Below are positions 1 through 9,831 of a stretch of DNA of 64,000 nt, in pieces. The position numbers and the translations under genes were made by a program. The first letter of the stretch is position 1; every line of letters starts with the position of its first letter. The notes under the pieces were generated by a model. It worked only from the letters and a program-made list of their open reading frames with translations. It was not told where the DNA came from and ran no database searches. The stretch is from Cyanobacteria bacterium P01_A01_bin.123 (GTDB lineage: Bacteria; Cyanobacteriota; Cyanobacteriia; Phormidesmidales; Phormidesmidaceae): assembly GCA_039815185.1 (NCBI GenBank), contig JBCBZT010000015.1, positions 64,001 to 128,000 of the forward strand, written 5' to 3'.

Positions 1-993
1 GCCATTGGCATCAACCTCAAAACCCAACCGATGGGCGAGTCCGATCGATTACTCACGATTTTGACCCAAGAGCAGGGCTTAATTCGCGCGATCGCCCCCG
101 GTGCCCGCAAACATAAATCAAGCCTGTCAGGACGTAGTGGCCTATTTGTGATCAATGATTTGCTGATTGCCAAAGGCAAATCCCTCGGTAAGGTCACCCA
201 GGCCGAAACCCGCCAGTCTTTTCCTAAACTGAGCAGTGATTTAGCTAAGCTCACTGCCAGTCAGTATTTAGCCGAGTTAGTGCTGTGCCAAGCCCTCAGC
301 GATCAATCCCAGACCGATCTATTTAACTTGCTAATAGAGCATCTAGAACGGTTAGAGCGGGCGTCTAAAGCATCGGTATTAGCCTGTCTGGCCCATGCCA
401 CCTTTCATTTGCTGGCGCTGGCTGGGGTTGCGCCCCAGGTTCATCAGTGCTGTGTATCCCGCAGTCCACTGGTGCCCGATTTGAGCAATCCTGACTGGCG
501 CGTGGGCTTTAGCCTGGTGGCAGGGGGGACAGTACACCTAGCTGAACTGACTCGGCTGCATGCCTCTAACTCCGTTACAAACTCCGTCACAAAGGTTGAA
601 GCAGCATCGGCAGCTGACCAACCCATGTCATCAGGTTCTTCCCCTTTGACAGCCAATACAGCCCCTACTTCAGGAAAATCCTCAAAAGAGCTTGCCGTCC
701 ACGACGACACAGCCCGTTATGATACTGGAGGGGGATTTGTCGCCCGAGGCAGATCTGCCTCAGCACAGGTGTTTCAGTTGACTGCAACAGAGTTGGTGCT
801 CTTGCAGCAGTTAAATCAGGCTGACCTAATTGCCGCTCTGCCAATTACGGAGCCATCCCCAGCCCAGATTCAGATTGGTCCCCATCGCTACTGGTATCGG
901 ATAGAACGAATCCTCCGCCAATATGCTCAATATCAGTTTGATCGACCTATTCGGTCAGCGGCGCTAATTGATACTTGTTTTTCGCCCCCTTAG
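1..993 (+). CDS. recO: DNA repair protein RecO (5' end lies outside the window)
   Basis: The frame is open from base 1 (AIGINLKTQPMGESDRLLTILT...GARK). It has the RecO OB-fold start and the QCCVS zinc-finger region. Confidence 0.9.
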   Translation, partial: AIGINLKTQPMGESDRLLTILTQEQGLIRAIAPGARKHKSSLSGRSGLFVINDLLIAKGKSLGKVTQAETRQSFPKLSSDLAKLTASQYLAELVLCQALSDQSQTDLFNLLIEHLERLERASKASVLACLAHATFHLLALAGVAPQVHQCCVSRSPLVPDLSNPDWRVGFSLVAGGTVHLAELTRLHASNSVTNSVTKVEAASAADQPMSSGSSPLTANTAPTSGKSSKELAVHDDTARYDTGGGFVARGRSASAQVFQLTATELVLLQQLNQADLIAALPITEPSPAQIQIGPHRYWYRIERILRQYAQYQFDRPIRSAALIDTCFSPP

Positions 994-1018
994 ATGTCAG
1001 CCCAGCCAGCTAAGTTTT

Positions 1019-2524
1019 ATGCTTCGAGAGTTTGATGCCGATGCGGCTAACACAACAGAGAAGGCCCCATCGTCTTCCGGATCAGACCGCGCTCCGTTCT
1101 ATGGGGACGAGAGTCTTGAGACAGTCGGCACAACTCAGGCTCAAGTCAATCAATCTAAAACGCTAGGCGAAGCCAATCATCATCCGTCAACTGAAGCTAA
1201 GGAAGACGCTTCGTTTGAAGCCGCTTCAGAAGGCTTTTGGCCTGTCTTGCAGAATCGCAATTTTCTGACGCTGTGGCTAGGGCAGGTGTTTTCTCAACTG
1301 GCCGATAAGATTTATCTAGTGTTGATGATTGCTATCATCGCTAGCCAGTTTGAAGCACCAGGACAAACTATCAGCGGCTGGGTCTCGGCCATTATGATTG
1401 CGTTCACCATCCCGGCAGTCTTGTTTGGCTCTCTGGCTGGCGTGTATGTTGATCGCTGGGCCAAGAAACCGGTATTGGTCTTGACCAATCTGTTCAGGGG
1501 GGGGCTGGTGATTGCGATCCCCGTGCTGATTTGGGGGTTTCAAGATTGGGGAACCCTCCGGGGGTTGCCCATTAGTTTTTGTGCCTTGTTAGCAGTTACC
1601 TTTCTAGTCTCGACGCTGACCCAATTTTTTGCCCCGGCAGAGCAAGCCGTGATTCCGCTGATTGTCAAAAAGACCCATCTGCTATCGGCTAATTCTCTCT
1701 ACACCACGACGATGATGGCATCGGTGATTATTGGCTTTGCTGTGGGTGAGCCGCTACTGGAAGTGGCCGATCGGCTACTGGCTCCCCTTGATCAGGGTAG
1801 TGGTATTGGCAAAGACGTATTGGTGGGGATCGCTTATGCGATCGCTGGTTTGATTCTCCTGCTGATGCAAACTCAAGAACGTAGCCCAGCAACCGTGGAT
1901 GAGCATCCTCATCCCTGGCAAGATATCCGTGAGGGCTTGCGATACATCAAACATCATGCCCAAGTACGCAGTGCCTTAATTCAGCTTGTGATGTTGTTTT
2001 GTGTTTTTGCAGCTTTAGCGGTGCTAGCCGTACGCTTGGCTGAGGTGATTCCCACCCTGCGCTCATCCCAGTTTGGTTTCCTACTGGCCGCGGGCGGGGT
2101 CGGCATGGCTATCGGGGCAGTGCTAGTCGGACAGTTTGGCCAGCAGTTCCGTCGACTCCACTTAGGGACTGTCGGCTCGTTCGGCATGACTGGAGCTTTA
2201 GTCGGCCTTGCCTTTACGACCGAACAACTGTGGCTATGTTTGGGGCTCATTGGTTTGCTAGGGCTCTCCGCCGCCGTCGTCGGCATTCCAATGCAAACGA
2301 CGATTCAAGAAAAAACCCCAGAAGAGATGCGCGGCAAAGTTTTTGGTCTGCAAAATAATTTAGTCAATATCGCCCTCAGCTTACCTTTGGCCTTAACTGG
2401 GTTAGCTGAAACGGCCTTTGGATTAACCCCTGTTTTTCTAGGATTAGCGACCTTCGTTGCTGGAGGGGGGCTGTTGACCTGGTATGTTACCCATACAGGG
2501 GCTTCGGCCACCGATGCCCTGTAA
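1019..2524 (+). CDS. MFS transporter (H+ antiporter-like)
   Basis: About 12 hydrophobic segments, LWLGQVFSQLADK, motif A GVYVDRWAKK and MRGKVFG. The ATG at 1019 was chosen over the upstream alternative start at 968. Confidence 0.88.
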   Translation: MLREFDADAANTTEKAPSSSGSDRAPFYGDESLETVGTTQAQVNQSKTLGEANHHPSTEAKEDASFEAASEGFWPVLQNRNFLTLWLGQVFSQLADKIYLVLMIAIIASQFEAPGQTISGWVSAIMIAFTIPAVLFGSLAGVYVDRWAKKPVLVLTNLFRGGLVIAIPVLIWGFQDWGTLRGLPISFCALLAVTFLVSTLTQFFAPAEQAVIPLIVKKTHLLSANSLYTTTMMASVIIGFAVGEPLLEVADRLLAPLDQGSGIGKDVLVGIAYAIAGLILLLMQTQERSPATVDEHPHPWQDIREGLRYIKHHAQVRSALIQLVMLFCVFAALAVLAVRLAEVIPTLRSSQFGFLLAAGGVGMAIGAVLVGQFGQQFRRLHLGTVGSFGMTGALVGLAFTTEQLWLCLGLIGLLGLSAAVVGIPMQTTIQEKTPEEMRGKVFGLQNNLVNIALSLPLALTGLAETAFGLTPVFLGLATFVAGGGLLTWYVTHTGASATDAL

Positions 2525-2612
2525 TTTACTTAAACTTGTTAAATTCTTATCAAGTCATGACTTCATCAATTCATGGCTTGTTTTTAACAACCCTTTATAT
2601 TCGCTTAATTGA

Positions 2613-3761
2613 ATGCATATCGCGTGGCTTGGCAAGAAATCTCCATTCTGCGGCAATGTGACTTATGGACGAGAAATTACCAATGCTCTCCTCGACCGGG
2701 GGCATCGGGTAACGTTTCTCCATTTTGCTCAACCCGATGGCTTAGATGACCAACATCCTGAGTGTCAAGAGGTGTCACTGCCCTTCTTCTTCAAATCTCA
2801 AATTCTGACGATTCCCTCTTTTCGCACTGGCAAGTTGCTGGTAGAGACACTCCAGCGCTTGAAGCCAGATGTGGTTCATGCCTCCTTGACCCTTTCACCC
2901 TTGGATTTTCGGCTCCCCGAGATTTGCCAAGCTCTTGGTATTCCGCTGATTGCTACGTTTCATCCCGCCTTTGATCGCAAACGACGAAATTTATCATCGG
3001 GCACCCAGCATTTGACTTACCAATTTTATGCCCCGTGTTTAGCTCACTATGATCAAGTCATTGTATTTTCTCAGCTTCAGCGCGAGCTGTTGGTTAAACT
3101 CGGGGTACCTAACCAGACGGTGGTCGTGATTCCCAACGGGGTAGACATTCGCAAGTATTCCCCAGGGCCATCACCCATCAAAGCTGAATTCAACACCGAT
3201 CGCTTATTTGTTTATCAGGGCAGACTCTCGATTGAAAAAAATGTGGAGTCTCTACTACGCGGCTGGAAACACGCCAAGATGGGCAATCAATGCCGTTTGC
3301 TGATTGTGGGCAGTGGCCCCATAGAAGCCTCTCTGAAAGCGTTCTATGGTTCGGGAGATAACATTACCTGGTTGGGTTTCGTTGCCGATGAACAGCGACG
3401 GATTGAAATTTTGCGTGGCGCCGATGTGTTCATTTTGCCTTCCCTGGTTGAAGGGCTGTCGTTATCGCTACTAGAGAGCATGGCCTGTGGTACTGCCTGT
3501 GTCGCTACCGATGCTGGCGCTGATGGAGAGGTGCTTGAAGCCGGGGCCGGTATTGTCATTGATACTCACAAAGTTTCAATCCAGCTCCAGACCTTGTTAC
3601 CCGTCTTTCGCGACCATCCGGAGATGACGACTCTGTTGGGGCAAAAAGCGCGCCAGCGAGTCTTAGATCGATATACTTTGAGCACTAATATTAGCCAATT
3701 GGAAACGCTATACAGCAAGGCCTTAAGGGCTCCACGGTTATATGCTCGGCAGGGGGCTTAG
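2613..3761 (+). CDS. Glycosyltransferase family 4
   Basis: IPNGVD, GRLSIEKN and the EX7E motif EGLSLSLLE. Confidence 0.9.
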   Translation: MHIAWLGKKSPFCGNVTYGREITNALLDRGHRVTFLHFAQPDGLDDQHPECQEVSLPFFFKSQILTIPSFRTGKLLVETLQRLKPDVVHASLTLSPLDFRLPEICQALGIPLIATFHPAFDRKRRNLSSGTQHLTYQFYAPCLAHYDQVIVFSQLQRELLVKLGVPNQTVVVIPNGVDIRKYSPGPSPIKAEFNTDRLFVYQGRLSIEKNVESLLRGWKHAKMGNQCRLLIVGSGPIEASLKAFYGSGDNITWLGFVADEQRRIEILRGADVFILPSLVEGLSLSLLESMACGTACVATDAGADGEVLEAGAGIVIDTHKVSIQLQTLLPVFRDHPEMTTLLGQKARQRVLDRYTLSTNISQLETLYSKALRAPRLYARQGA

Positions 3762-3896
3762 GGCGTATGAATTTCAAGTGTGACTGTTCTGGTGCCCTCT
3801 AAGCAGCGTAAAGGATTTGAAAAGGAACAGTCCCTTACGCTTTGTAGATAATAGAGGGAGTCTGTGCAGCGTTTTCCCTAACCTGCTTGTTGATTT

Positions 3897-4781
3897 ATGC
3901 CGCCTCGCTTCATCACCACATCTCAAGAGGTTGAAGCCGTTTTTTCGGGGCCTCCCCTGATTACTACGGGGGGATTTCAGCATGGGTTGCACATTGATTG
4001 TCGTTGGGAACCTGCTTCGGAAGTTGAGGAAGTCGCGACTCCCTGGCATGTGGCTGTGGTGTTTACATCTCTGGCAGAACCAGCGGTGGCAGAACGTAAG
4101 CTGGATGGTCGAGTCAAGATTGAACAAGTTCACCCAGGCGATGTGATAATTGTGCCTGCCCATGTGGGACATGGGGCTAAATGGAATGCGTCGGGCGAGT
4201 TTATTTCTTTTGCGTTTGAGCCAACTGCTTTGGTACATGCCGTTGACCCAGCGATCGCGCCGAGTCAATTAACCCTGGTTCCTCAATTTGCGACTCAAGA
4301 TCTGCTGGTATTACAGCTAGGGCTGACGTTGAAGCGACTGTTGGCCAGCGGAGAGCCTATCGAGGGCCTCTACATGGAGAGCCTCACCCATACCTTAGCG
4401 GTTCATCTATGCCAACAACATGGCACCCGTCAGTTGCCCGCCAAAGCTTATACCGATGGCCTTTCCCAACATTGCCTGACTCAGCTGATGGATTATATCT
4501 ATGCTCATTTAGACAGCGATTTGAGCCTTAACCAACTGGCTCAACTTGCCGATATGAGTCCCCATTATTTCTCGCAGTTGTTCAAACAATCTACTGGACT
4601 CAGTCCACACCAATACATCATTCAATGCCGGATCAATCGGGCTAAAGCCCTGCTCAGCAATACCCAAAAGCCCATTGCTGAGATTGCCTATCAAGTCGGT
4701 TTTGCGAACCAAAGTCACCTCAACCGTCACTTCAAACGGACTGTGGGAGCAACGCCGCGTCAGTTTCGCGCTCAAGTCTGA
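3897..4781 (+). CDS. AraC-family transcriptional regulator
   Basis: C-terminal double HTH: LSLNQLAQLADMSPHYFSQLFKQSTG...IAYQVGFANQSHLNRHFKR. Confidence 0.93.
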   Translation: MPPRFITTSQEVEAVFSGPPLITTGGFQHGLHIDCRWEPASEVEEVATPWHVAVVFTSLAEPAVAERKLDGRVKIEQVHPGDVIIVPAHVGHGAKWNASGEFISFAFEPTALVHAVDPAIAPSQLTLVPQFATQDLLVLQLGLTLKRLLASGEPIEGLYMESLTHTLAVHLCQQHGTRQLPAKAYTDGLSQHCLTQLMDYIYAHLDSDLSLNQLAQLADMSPHYFSQLFKQSTGLSPHQYIIQCRINRAKALLSNTQKPIAEIAYQVGFANQSHLNRHFKRTVGATPRQFRAQV

Positions 4782-4911
4782 CATCGGCAATTTTGGATTT
4801 TGGGCCTCTGCAGTTCTAGTCCGGTTTGTACAAAATAACGGAGAAACCTACAAGACACTGGCGCTTTGAATTTTGATACTAGAAGCAATCTCATTGTATG
4901 GAGACGCTTCT

Positions 4912-6096
4912 ATGCCACAGATTGAGACTCGCACTGATCCGATGGTGATCAACTTTGGGCCTCACCATCCTGCCATGCACGGGTGCTTTCGCATCATGGT
5001 TACCCTGGATGGTGAAGATGTGGTGGATTGTGAACCCGTGATTGGCTATTTGCACCGGGGAATGGAAAAGATTGCGGAAAACCGCACCACCACTATGTAC
5101 ATTCCCTACGTCAGCCGTTGGGACTATTACGGTGGCATGTTCAATGAAGCGGTGACGGTGAATGCGGTGGAAAAGCTGGCCGATATTGAGGTGCCCAAGC
5201 GGGCCAGCTACATTCGCGTGATCATGTTGGAGCTCACTCGCATTACCAATCACCTGCTCTGGATGGGGCCATTTATCAGCGACCTGGGCAACCATGCGCT
5301 GTTTTTCTATACGCTGCGCGATCGCGAGATGATTCTCGACCTGTTTGAAGCCGTCACGGGCTATCGCATGGTCAACAACAACTATTTTCGAGTCGGGGGC
5401 GTGGCGGCAGACTTGACCTATGGCTGGGTCGATAAGTGCCAAGAGTTTTGTCAGTTAATGGCCACCAGCATTGATGAGTATGAACGATTGGTCAACAAAA
5501 ATCCCATTTTTCTGAGGCGGACTGAAGGGCTAGGTGTTTTGACCCGTGAAGACGCGATCAATTGGGGCTGCTCTGGGCCGATGTTGCGGGCCTCTGGGGT
5601 GAAGTGGGATCTGCGCAAAGTTGATCACTATGAATGCTACGACGACTTTGATTGGGACGTGCAGTGGGATACCGCAGGCGATTGTCTGGCCCGTTATAAA
5701 GTCCGGTTGGCAGAAATGCACGAGTCACTCAAAATTCTTCAGCAGGCCCTATCGGCCTTACCCGGCGGTCCTTGGGAAAATCTAGAAGCGAAGCGACTAA
5801 CAGAAGGTCCCAAGTCTATCTGGGACGACTTTGATTATCAGTTCATGGCCAAGAAAATCCCACCCACGTTCAAAATTCCTGCGGGTGAGCACTATGTTCG
5901 TGTTGAATCAGGGCGTGGAGAGTTGGGCATTTTTGTTCAGGGCAATGACAATAGCTTCCCCTGGCGCTGGAAAATTCGCCCGGCTGATTTCAACAATTTG
6001 CAGGTGCTGCCCCAGCTAATTAGGGGTCAGAAGGTGGCGGATATCTTCGTGATTCTGGGTAGCGTTGATGTTGTGATGGGATCTGTCGATCGATAG
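4912..6096 (+). CDS. ndhH: NDH-1 subunit H (49 kDa quinone-site subunit), divergent copy
   Basis: [23 protein letters not shown] and C-terminal MGSVDR. GGAG lies at 4900-4903 before the ATG at 4912. Confidence 0.92.
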   Translation: MPQIETRTDPMVINFGPHHPAMHGCFRIMVTLDGEDVVDCEPVIGYLHRGMEKIAENRTTTMYIPYVSRWDYYGGMFNEAVTVNAVEKLADIEVPKRASYIRVIMLELTRITNHLLWMGPFISDLGNHALFFYTLRDREMILDLFEAVTGYRMVNNNYFRVGGVAADLTYGWVDKCQEFCQLMATSIDEYERLVNKNPIFLRRTEGLGVLTREDAINWGCSGPMLRASGVKWDLRKVDHYECYDDFDWDVQWDTAGDCLARYKVRLAEMHESLKILQQALSALPGGPWENLEAKRLTEGPKSIWDDFDYQFMAKKIPPTFKIPAGEHYVRVESGRGELGIFVQGNDNSFPWRWKIRPADFNNLQVLPQLIRGQKVADIFVILGSVDVVMGSVDR

Positions 6097-6104
6097 GTAC
6101 TGGG

Positions 6105-6207
6105 CTAGAGACCGGGTTTCTAGTCACATCATTCCAGCTTAGAAACCCGGTATCTAAGCTGGTTTTTGCTTGAAATTCAGAAGCTTGACACTAGAAACCC
6201 GGTATCT
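6105..6207. repeat. Three copies of a short imperfect palindrome (AGAAACCCGGTWTCT type)
   Basis: CTAGAGACCGGGTTTCTAG (6105-6123), CCAGCTTAGAAACCCGGTATCTAAGCTGG (6134-6162) and CTAGAAACCCGGTATCT (6191-6207). Confidence 0.8.
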
Positions 6208-6247
6208 TGAAATGCCTTAAATTGTGAATAGCAGCGCTTGTCTGACT

Positions 6248-6526
6248 ATGGCTAAATCCCTAGATCCATTAAACGAAGACGCTTTAATCAAAGAAGTCTG
6301 TCGCCGCATCCGCGTTGCCAGAAGCTATTGGGATGCCCACAACAATCGGGCCTGTCGCAAGGAGCGAGAAAAAGCCTTGGCCCTCTACAACACCTTGACC
6401 AAGGCCCAGAAGGATAAAATCCCTCAAGTTTTGCGCGTCTGGCTACGCTATCGCAGCGAAAAATATTTTGGAGCCCATCGCACGCCACCAGGGAAAGGTA
6501 AGCGGCAGGCCAAGAAGAAGCGATGA
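6248..6526 (+). CDS. Small basic conserved cyanobacterial protein of unknown function
   Basis: 92-aa ORF EVCRRIRVARSYWDAHNN...LRVWLRYRSEKYFG; recalled as a conserved cyanobacterial family. Confidence 0.7.
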   Translation: MAKSLDPLNEDALIKEVCRRIRVARSYWDAHNNRACRKEREKALALYNTLTKAQKDKIPQVLRVWLRYRSEKYFGAHRTPPGKGKRQAKKKR

Positions 6527-6648
6527 TTGAGTACTCAAGGATTTTGGGGATGACGAGCAGATGATGAGTCTGGTTCATCAGAAATCTGCTTAGGCTAATG
6601 TGTATCACCTGATGAAAGGTCAATCGCCAACATCTCACTTCAGAAGTT

Positions 6649-6990
6649 ATGGCAAATTATGATCCTGACAGGCGTAAGGTTTTATCCGCATTGTGTCACG
6701 GAGCTTGCTTTTTCAGCTCCACAGTTTTTGCTGTCGGCATCCCAATCGTCATATTGGTGCTCACAGATGATCCGGTTGTGAAAGCCAATGCTAAAGAGGC
6801 ACTCAACTTTCAGATATCGATCTTCATTTGGGGAATTATTAGTATTTTACTCGCTATCCTTTTAATTGGATTCGTTATGTTCTTCATTCTTTTGATCTTT
6901 AGCTTTATAGCCCCAATCATCGCAATTGTGAGCGTTCTCAGCAATCCTGATCGGCGTTATAGATACGACGGTATTTTTCACTTTCTGTAG
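6649..6990 (+). CDS. DUF4870-type small membrane protein
   Basis: DPVVKANAKEALNF followed by hydrophobic helices and a C-terminal YRY. Confidence 0.8.
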   Translation: MANYDPDRRKVLSALCHGACFFSSTVFAVGIPIVILVLTDDPVVKANAKEALNFQISIFIWGIISILLAILLIGFVMFFILLIFSFIAPIIAIVSVLSNPDRRYRYDGIFHFL

Positions 6991-7169
6991 ATTAAAACAG
7001 TTGTGTGATGAGCGATGGAAAAGTTTTTTCGCGATCGCTTTTTGAAAGAATAAGATAAAGATAACTGATAGACAGCGATCGCAAATGCTATCCAGTATCA
7101 GCAAACGGAGTGACCGCCGATCTGATTTACAATTGTATCTTTAGTCTTTGAGAAACTCTAGGAGAGCTT

Positions 7170-7547
7170 ATGAGTTGGTCAGACTATGTATTCGATTCAG
7201 ATTATAAACAAAGACGAGACTTACTCAAGCAAAGAGATGAAATTGATTCTCTCAATAATTCGCTATACGCAAAATCCGATAAGCTGGCATTACGAATTAA
7301 GCAGCTAGAGCACGAAAATGCTGAAATTAAACTGGTTTGTCTGACGCTTCTACGTACGCTAATCAACCATGACCTGATTACTGAGGAAGGGTTTATTCAG
7401 TTATCTCAACAAGTTAATGCAGAAACTGATGTCCAGCGTAGACCGTCTGAGGTCAGAATTTTGCCTAAGCCAGAGCCGCCTCCAAAACAAGACATCAAGA
7501 TCGATTTTAGCTCTGCACGGCAGAAGCCTAAGAGCTTCGATCTGTAG
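7170..7547 (+). CDS. Hypothetical coiled-coil protein
   Basis: AGGAG upstream of the ATG; 125-aa ORF with a heptad-like N-terminus. Confidence 0.6.
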   Translation: MSWSDYVFDSDYKQRRDLLKQRDEIDSLNNSLYAKSDKLALRIKQLEHENAEIKLVCLTLLRTLINHDLITEEGFIQLSQQVNAETDVQRRPSEVRILPKPEPPPKQDIKIDFSSARQKPKSFDL

Positions 7548-7568
7548 CGTTAGTCTTTAAGGCTATTG

Positions 7569-7602
7569 TGTTGGGCTTCGCTTCACTTAACACCAATCTA
7601 CA
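7569..7602. repeat. Degenerate cyanobacterial REP-like short repeat
   Basis: TGTTGGGCTTCGCTTCACTTAACACCAATCTAC resembles the recalled GTTGGGTTTCG...ACCCAACCTAC type repeat; only one copy seen here. Confidence 0.35.
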
Positions 7603-7844
7603 AGAATTGGATAGCTTTATGGCTGGCAGAATTGCTCTTGATACATTTCAGTTTGATCCTGATGAGCCAAACATACCCCGTTTGTTTCGAGAGCAAACGG
7701 GGTATGGCAATCCCGATGTTGCCCTTGATGATGAATTGCTCGGAAGGTGATTTCCTAGTTGCGATCGCATCTGTAAAGACCAAAGATCCCAGGGTTTTAT
7801 GTGGCTATAACCAACGGTATTGGCTACATCGAAAACCCTGGGAT

Positions 7845-8414
7845 CTAAAACACCTGAGCAAAGTAGGTTAATCCTAAATGCAGGGCCGCGATCGTGCCAG
7901 ACACGGCAATCTCTCCCTGCAAAATCTTGGTATTGATTTGATCAACAGGCAACTTAACCAGGTCAATATCTTCGGTGACATCAAGCGCTTGTTCTCCCTG
8001 ATACTGCACGGGATAAGCCAAAAACATATGGATCCTATTGGTTTCTTTCACCGGGTTGTCATATAGCGTAGCGAGATGAATTAACGCTTCAGCACTGTAG
8101 CCCGTTTCCTCTTGCAGTTCCCGTAGCGCTGCCGTTTCAGCAGCTTCTTGTTGCGGATCAAAGGTTCCTGCTGGGAGTTCGAGCAGCACTTCCCCCGCCC
8201 CGTGGCGATATTGGTGGACAAAAATTACCTCTCGGTCAACCGTAATCGGCAGCACTAAAGCAACATCAGGGCGAACGCTGACGAAATAGTCGTCAATAAT
8301 TTCGCCATTGGGCAATCTGACTTCGTCTTGCCGCACTTTGTACCAGTGATGGTCGAATACGAGGCGCGATCGCAGCAATGTCCAACGTTTATCATCAGGG
8401 TTGGCAGTAGCCAT
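7845..8414 (-). CDS. NUDIX hydrolase (ADP-ribose pyrophosphatase-like)
   Basis: Nudix box ELPAGTFDPQQEAAETAALRELQEETGY. Confidence 0.92.
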   Translation of the reverse strand: MATANPDDKRWTLLRSRLVFDHHWYKVRQDEVRLPNGEIIDDYFVSVRPDVALVLPITVDREVIFVHQYRHGAGEVLLELPAGTFDPQQEAAETAALRELQEETGYSAEALIHLATLYDNPVKETNRIHMFLAYPVQYQGEQALDVTEDIDLVKLPVDQINTKILQGEIAVSGTIAALHLGLTYFAQVF

Positions 8415-8572
8415 AGGGTTATCCGCAGTCTGTTGTGCGTAAGTCTTCCGTTAAAGTAAGAGAGGGGCGTGATGGCGCTGAGATTTGCTTTGCAGTATCC
8501 TTCCAGGGGAGCAAGCCAGCTATCTGGAACAATCCGCGATTACCTTAGCAAAGGTCAGGTGTAAAACGAGCG

Positions 8573-9280
8573 ATGACAGAAGCCGCAGAACAAACAGGAA
8601 ATGTCTTATTAGTGGATGACGAGCCAGGGCTGCGGGAAGCCGTTCAGGCTTATTTGGAAGACAGCGGTTTTACGGTGCGGGTTGCCAGCAACGCCACAGA
8701 AGGTTGGGAACTGCTCCAGCAAGGCACCCCTGATGTGTTGATTTCAGACATTATGATGCCCCAGGTAGATGGGTATCAGTTTCTCCAGCAGGTGCGTGAA
8801 GATCCCCGGTTTAAATCATTGCCCGTGGTGTTTTTGACGGCGCGGGGCATGACCAGCGATCGCATCCAGGGCTACAACGCTGGTGTAGATCATTATCTGT
8901 CTAAACCCTTTGACCCCGAAGAATTGGTCGCCATTGTCACCAACTTGACCCAGCGCCGCACCGCTGCTGTTGCTAGCGGTGATGTCAACCCTGACATCGC
9001 GGCTATGGCGCGCCAAATCGAAGAAATTCGGGCCCTATTAACCCAGCGCGGCACCATTGCCCAAACCCCCGCCCCAATTCGCATTGATCTCACTCCCCGT
9101 GAACAAAGCGTGTTGGATTTGGTGGCCGAAGGGCTGATGAATAAAGAAATTGCCCGCCAGCTTGAAACCAGTGTTCGCAACGTCGAGAAATATGTCAGCC
9201 GCCTGTTTAGCAAAACTGGTACGAACAGCCGTACCGAACTCGTGCGCTACGCCCTAGAACATGGCTTGGTGACGACCTGA
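8573..9280 (+). CDS. ycf29: NarL/LuxR-type response regulator (Rre1/Ycf29)
   Basis: REC domain (LLVDDEPGLREAVQAYLEDSG, DIMMP) plus LuxR HTH (LTPREQSVL...RNVEKYVSRLFSKTGTNSRTELVRYAL). Confidence 0.85.
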   Translation: MTEAAEQTGNVLLVDDEPGLREAVQAYLEDSGFTVRVASNATEGWELLQQGTPDVLISDIMMPQVDGYQFLQQVREDPRFKSLPVVFLTARGMTSDRIQGYNAGVDHYLSKPFDPEELVAIVTNLTQRRTAAVASGDVNPDIAAMARQIEEIRALLTQRGTIAQTPAPIRIDLTPREQSVLDLVAEGLMNKEIARQLETSVRNVEKYVSRLFSKTGTNSRTELVRYALEHGLVTT

Positions 9281-9330
9281 ATCTAGTCACGACTTGAAAT
9301 TGGGTAAAGACTTGAAATTGAGAGACTACT

Positions 9331-9561
9331 ATGGCTTCTAATCCCCGTGAATCACTGAGTCTGGCCCACGGTGCGACAATTACTGTCACGCTCAACCCTG
9401 ACTTATTAGCTGAGGTTGATCAGTTGACCGACGATCGCGATCGCGCCATTGAAGATGCCCTCGAACTCTGGTGCCGCCAACAACATCAGGCTCGGCTGCA
9501 TCACTTGGCCGAAGTTCACCAGCAACGCCACAATGATGACGAAACAGGTTGGCTAGTGTAG
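9331..9561 (+). CDS. Small protein, possible ribbon-helix-helix fold
   Basis: ITVTLNPDLLAEVDQL..DRDRAIEDALELW follows the RHH strand-helix-helix pattern. Confidence 0.6.
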   Translation: MASNPRESLSLAHGATITVTLNPDLLAEVDQLTDDRDRAIEDALELWCRQQHQARLHHLAEVHQQRHNDDETGWLV

Positions 9562-9664
9562 CCGTAGTCACCAAGCTTTGTGCGCTACGGCAAGCCAGAT
9601 TGCTTAGATGCTGCTGAAGATTTCATCGCTACCCGGTGCATTGAGCAATCTGGCCAATGCCATA
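9559..9664 (+). mobile_element. ~105-bp dispersed two-hairpin repeat (MITE-like), copy 1
   Basis: TAGCCGTAGTCACCAAGCTTTGTGCGCTACGGCAAGCCAGATTGCTT...AGCAATCTGGCCA; similar to copies at 11.4, 19.7, 39.0 and 53.7 kb. Confidence 0.75.
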
Positions 9665-9831
9665 TCACCTGGCTCAATCCGGATGGGCTATCTGGCCTAA
9701 GAACTATTTATTTGGTTAGAGAATTGGCCTTTAGGCTAGCTTTGGCTTGCCCTGGCTAGGTAAACTTTTGAAAGCAGTGCAGCGTCGTTCTTAGCGTACA
9801 CAAACAGCATTAAATACACAGGATTATTACC

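Noticed and set aside
560..770. Low-complexity insertion in RecO
   Set aside because: A variable Ser/Thr/Ala-rich insert without motifs, most likely a neutral loop expansion.
6105..6207. Possible mini-CRISPR array
   Set aside because: The repeats are only ~15 bp, in mixed orientation and unevenly spaced, and there are no cas genes in the window.
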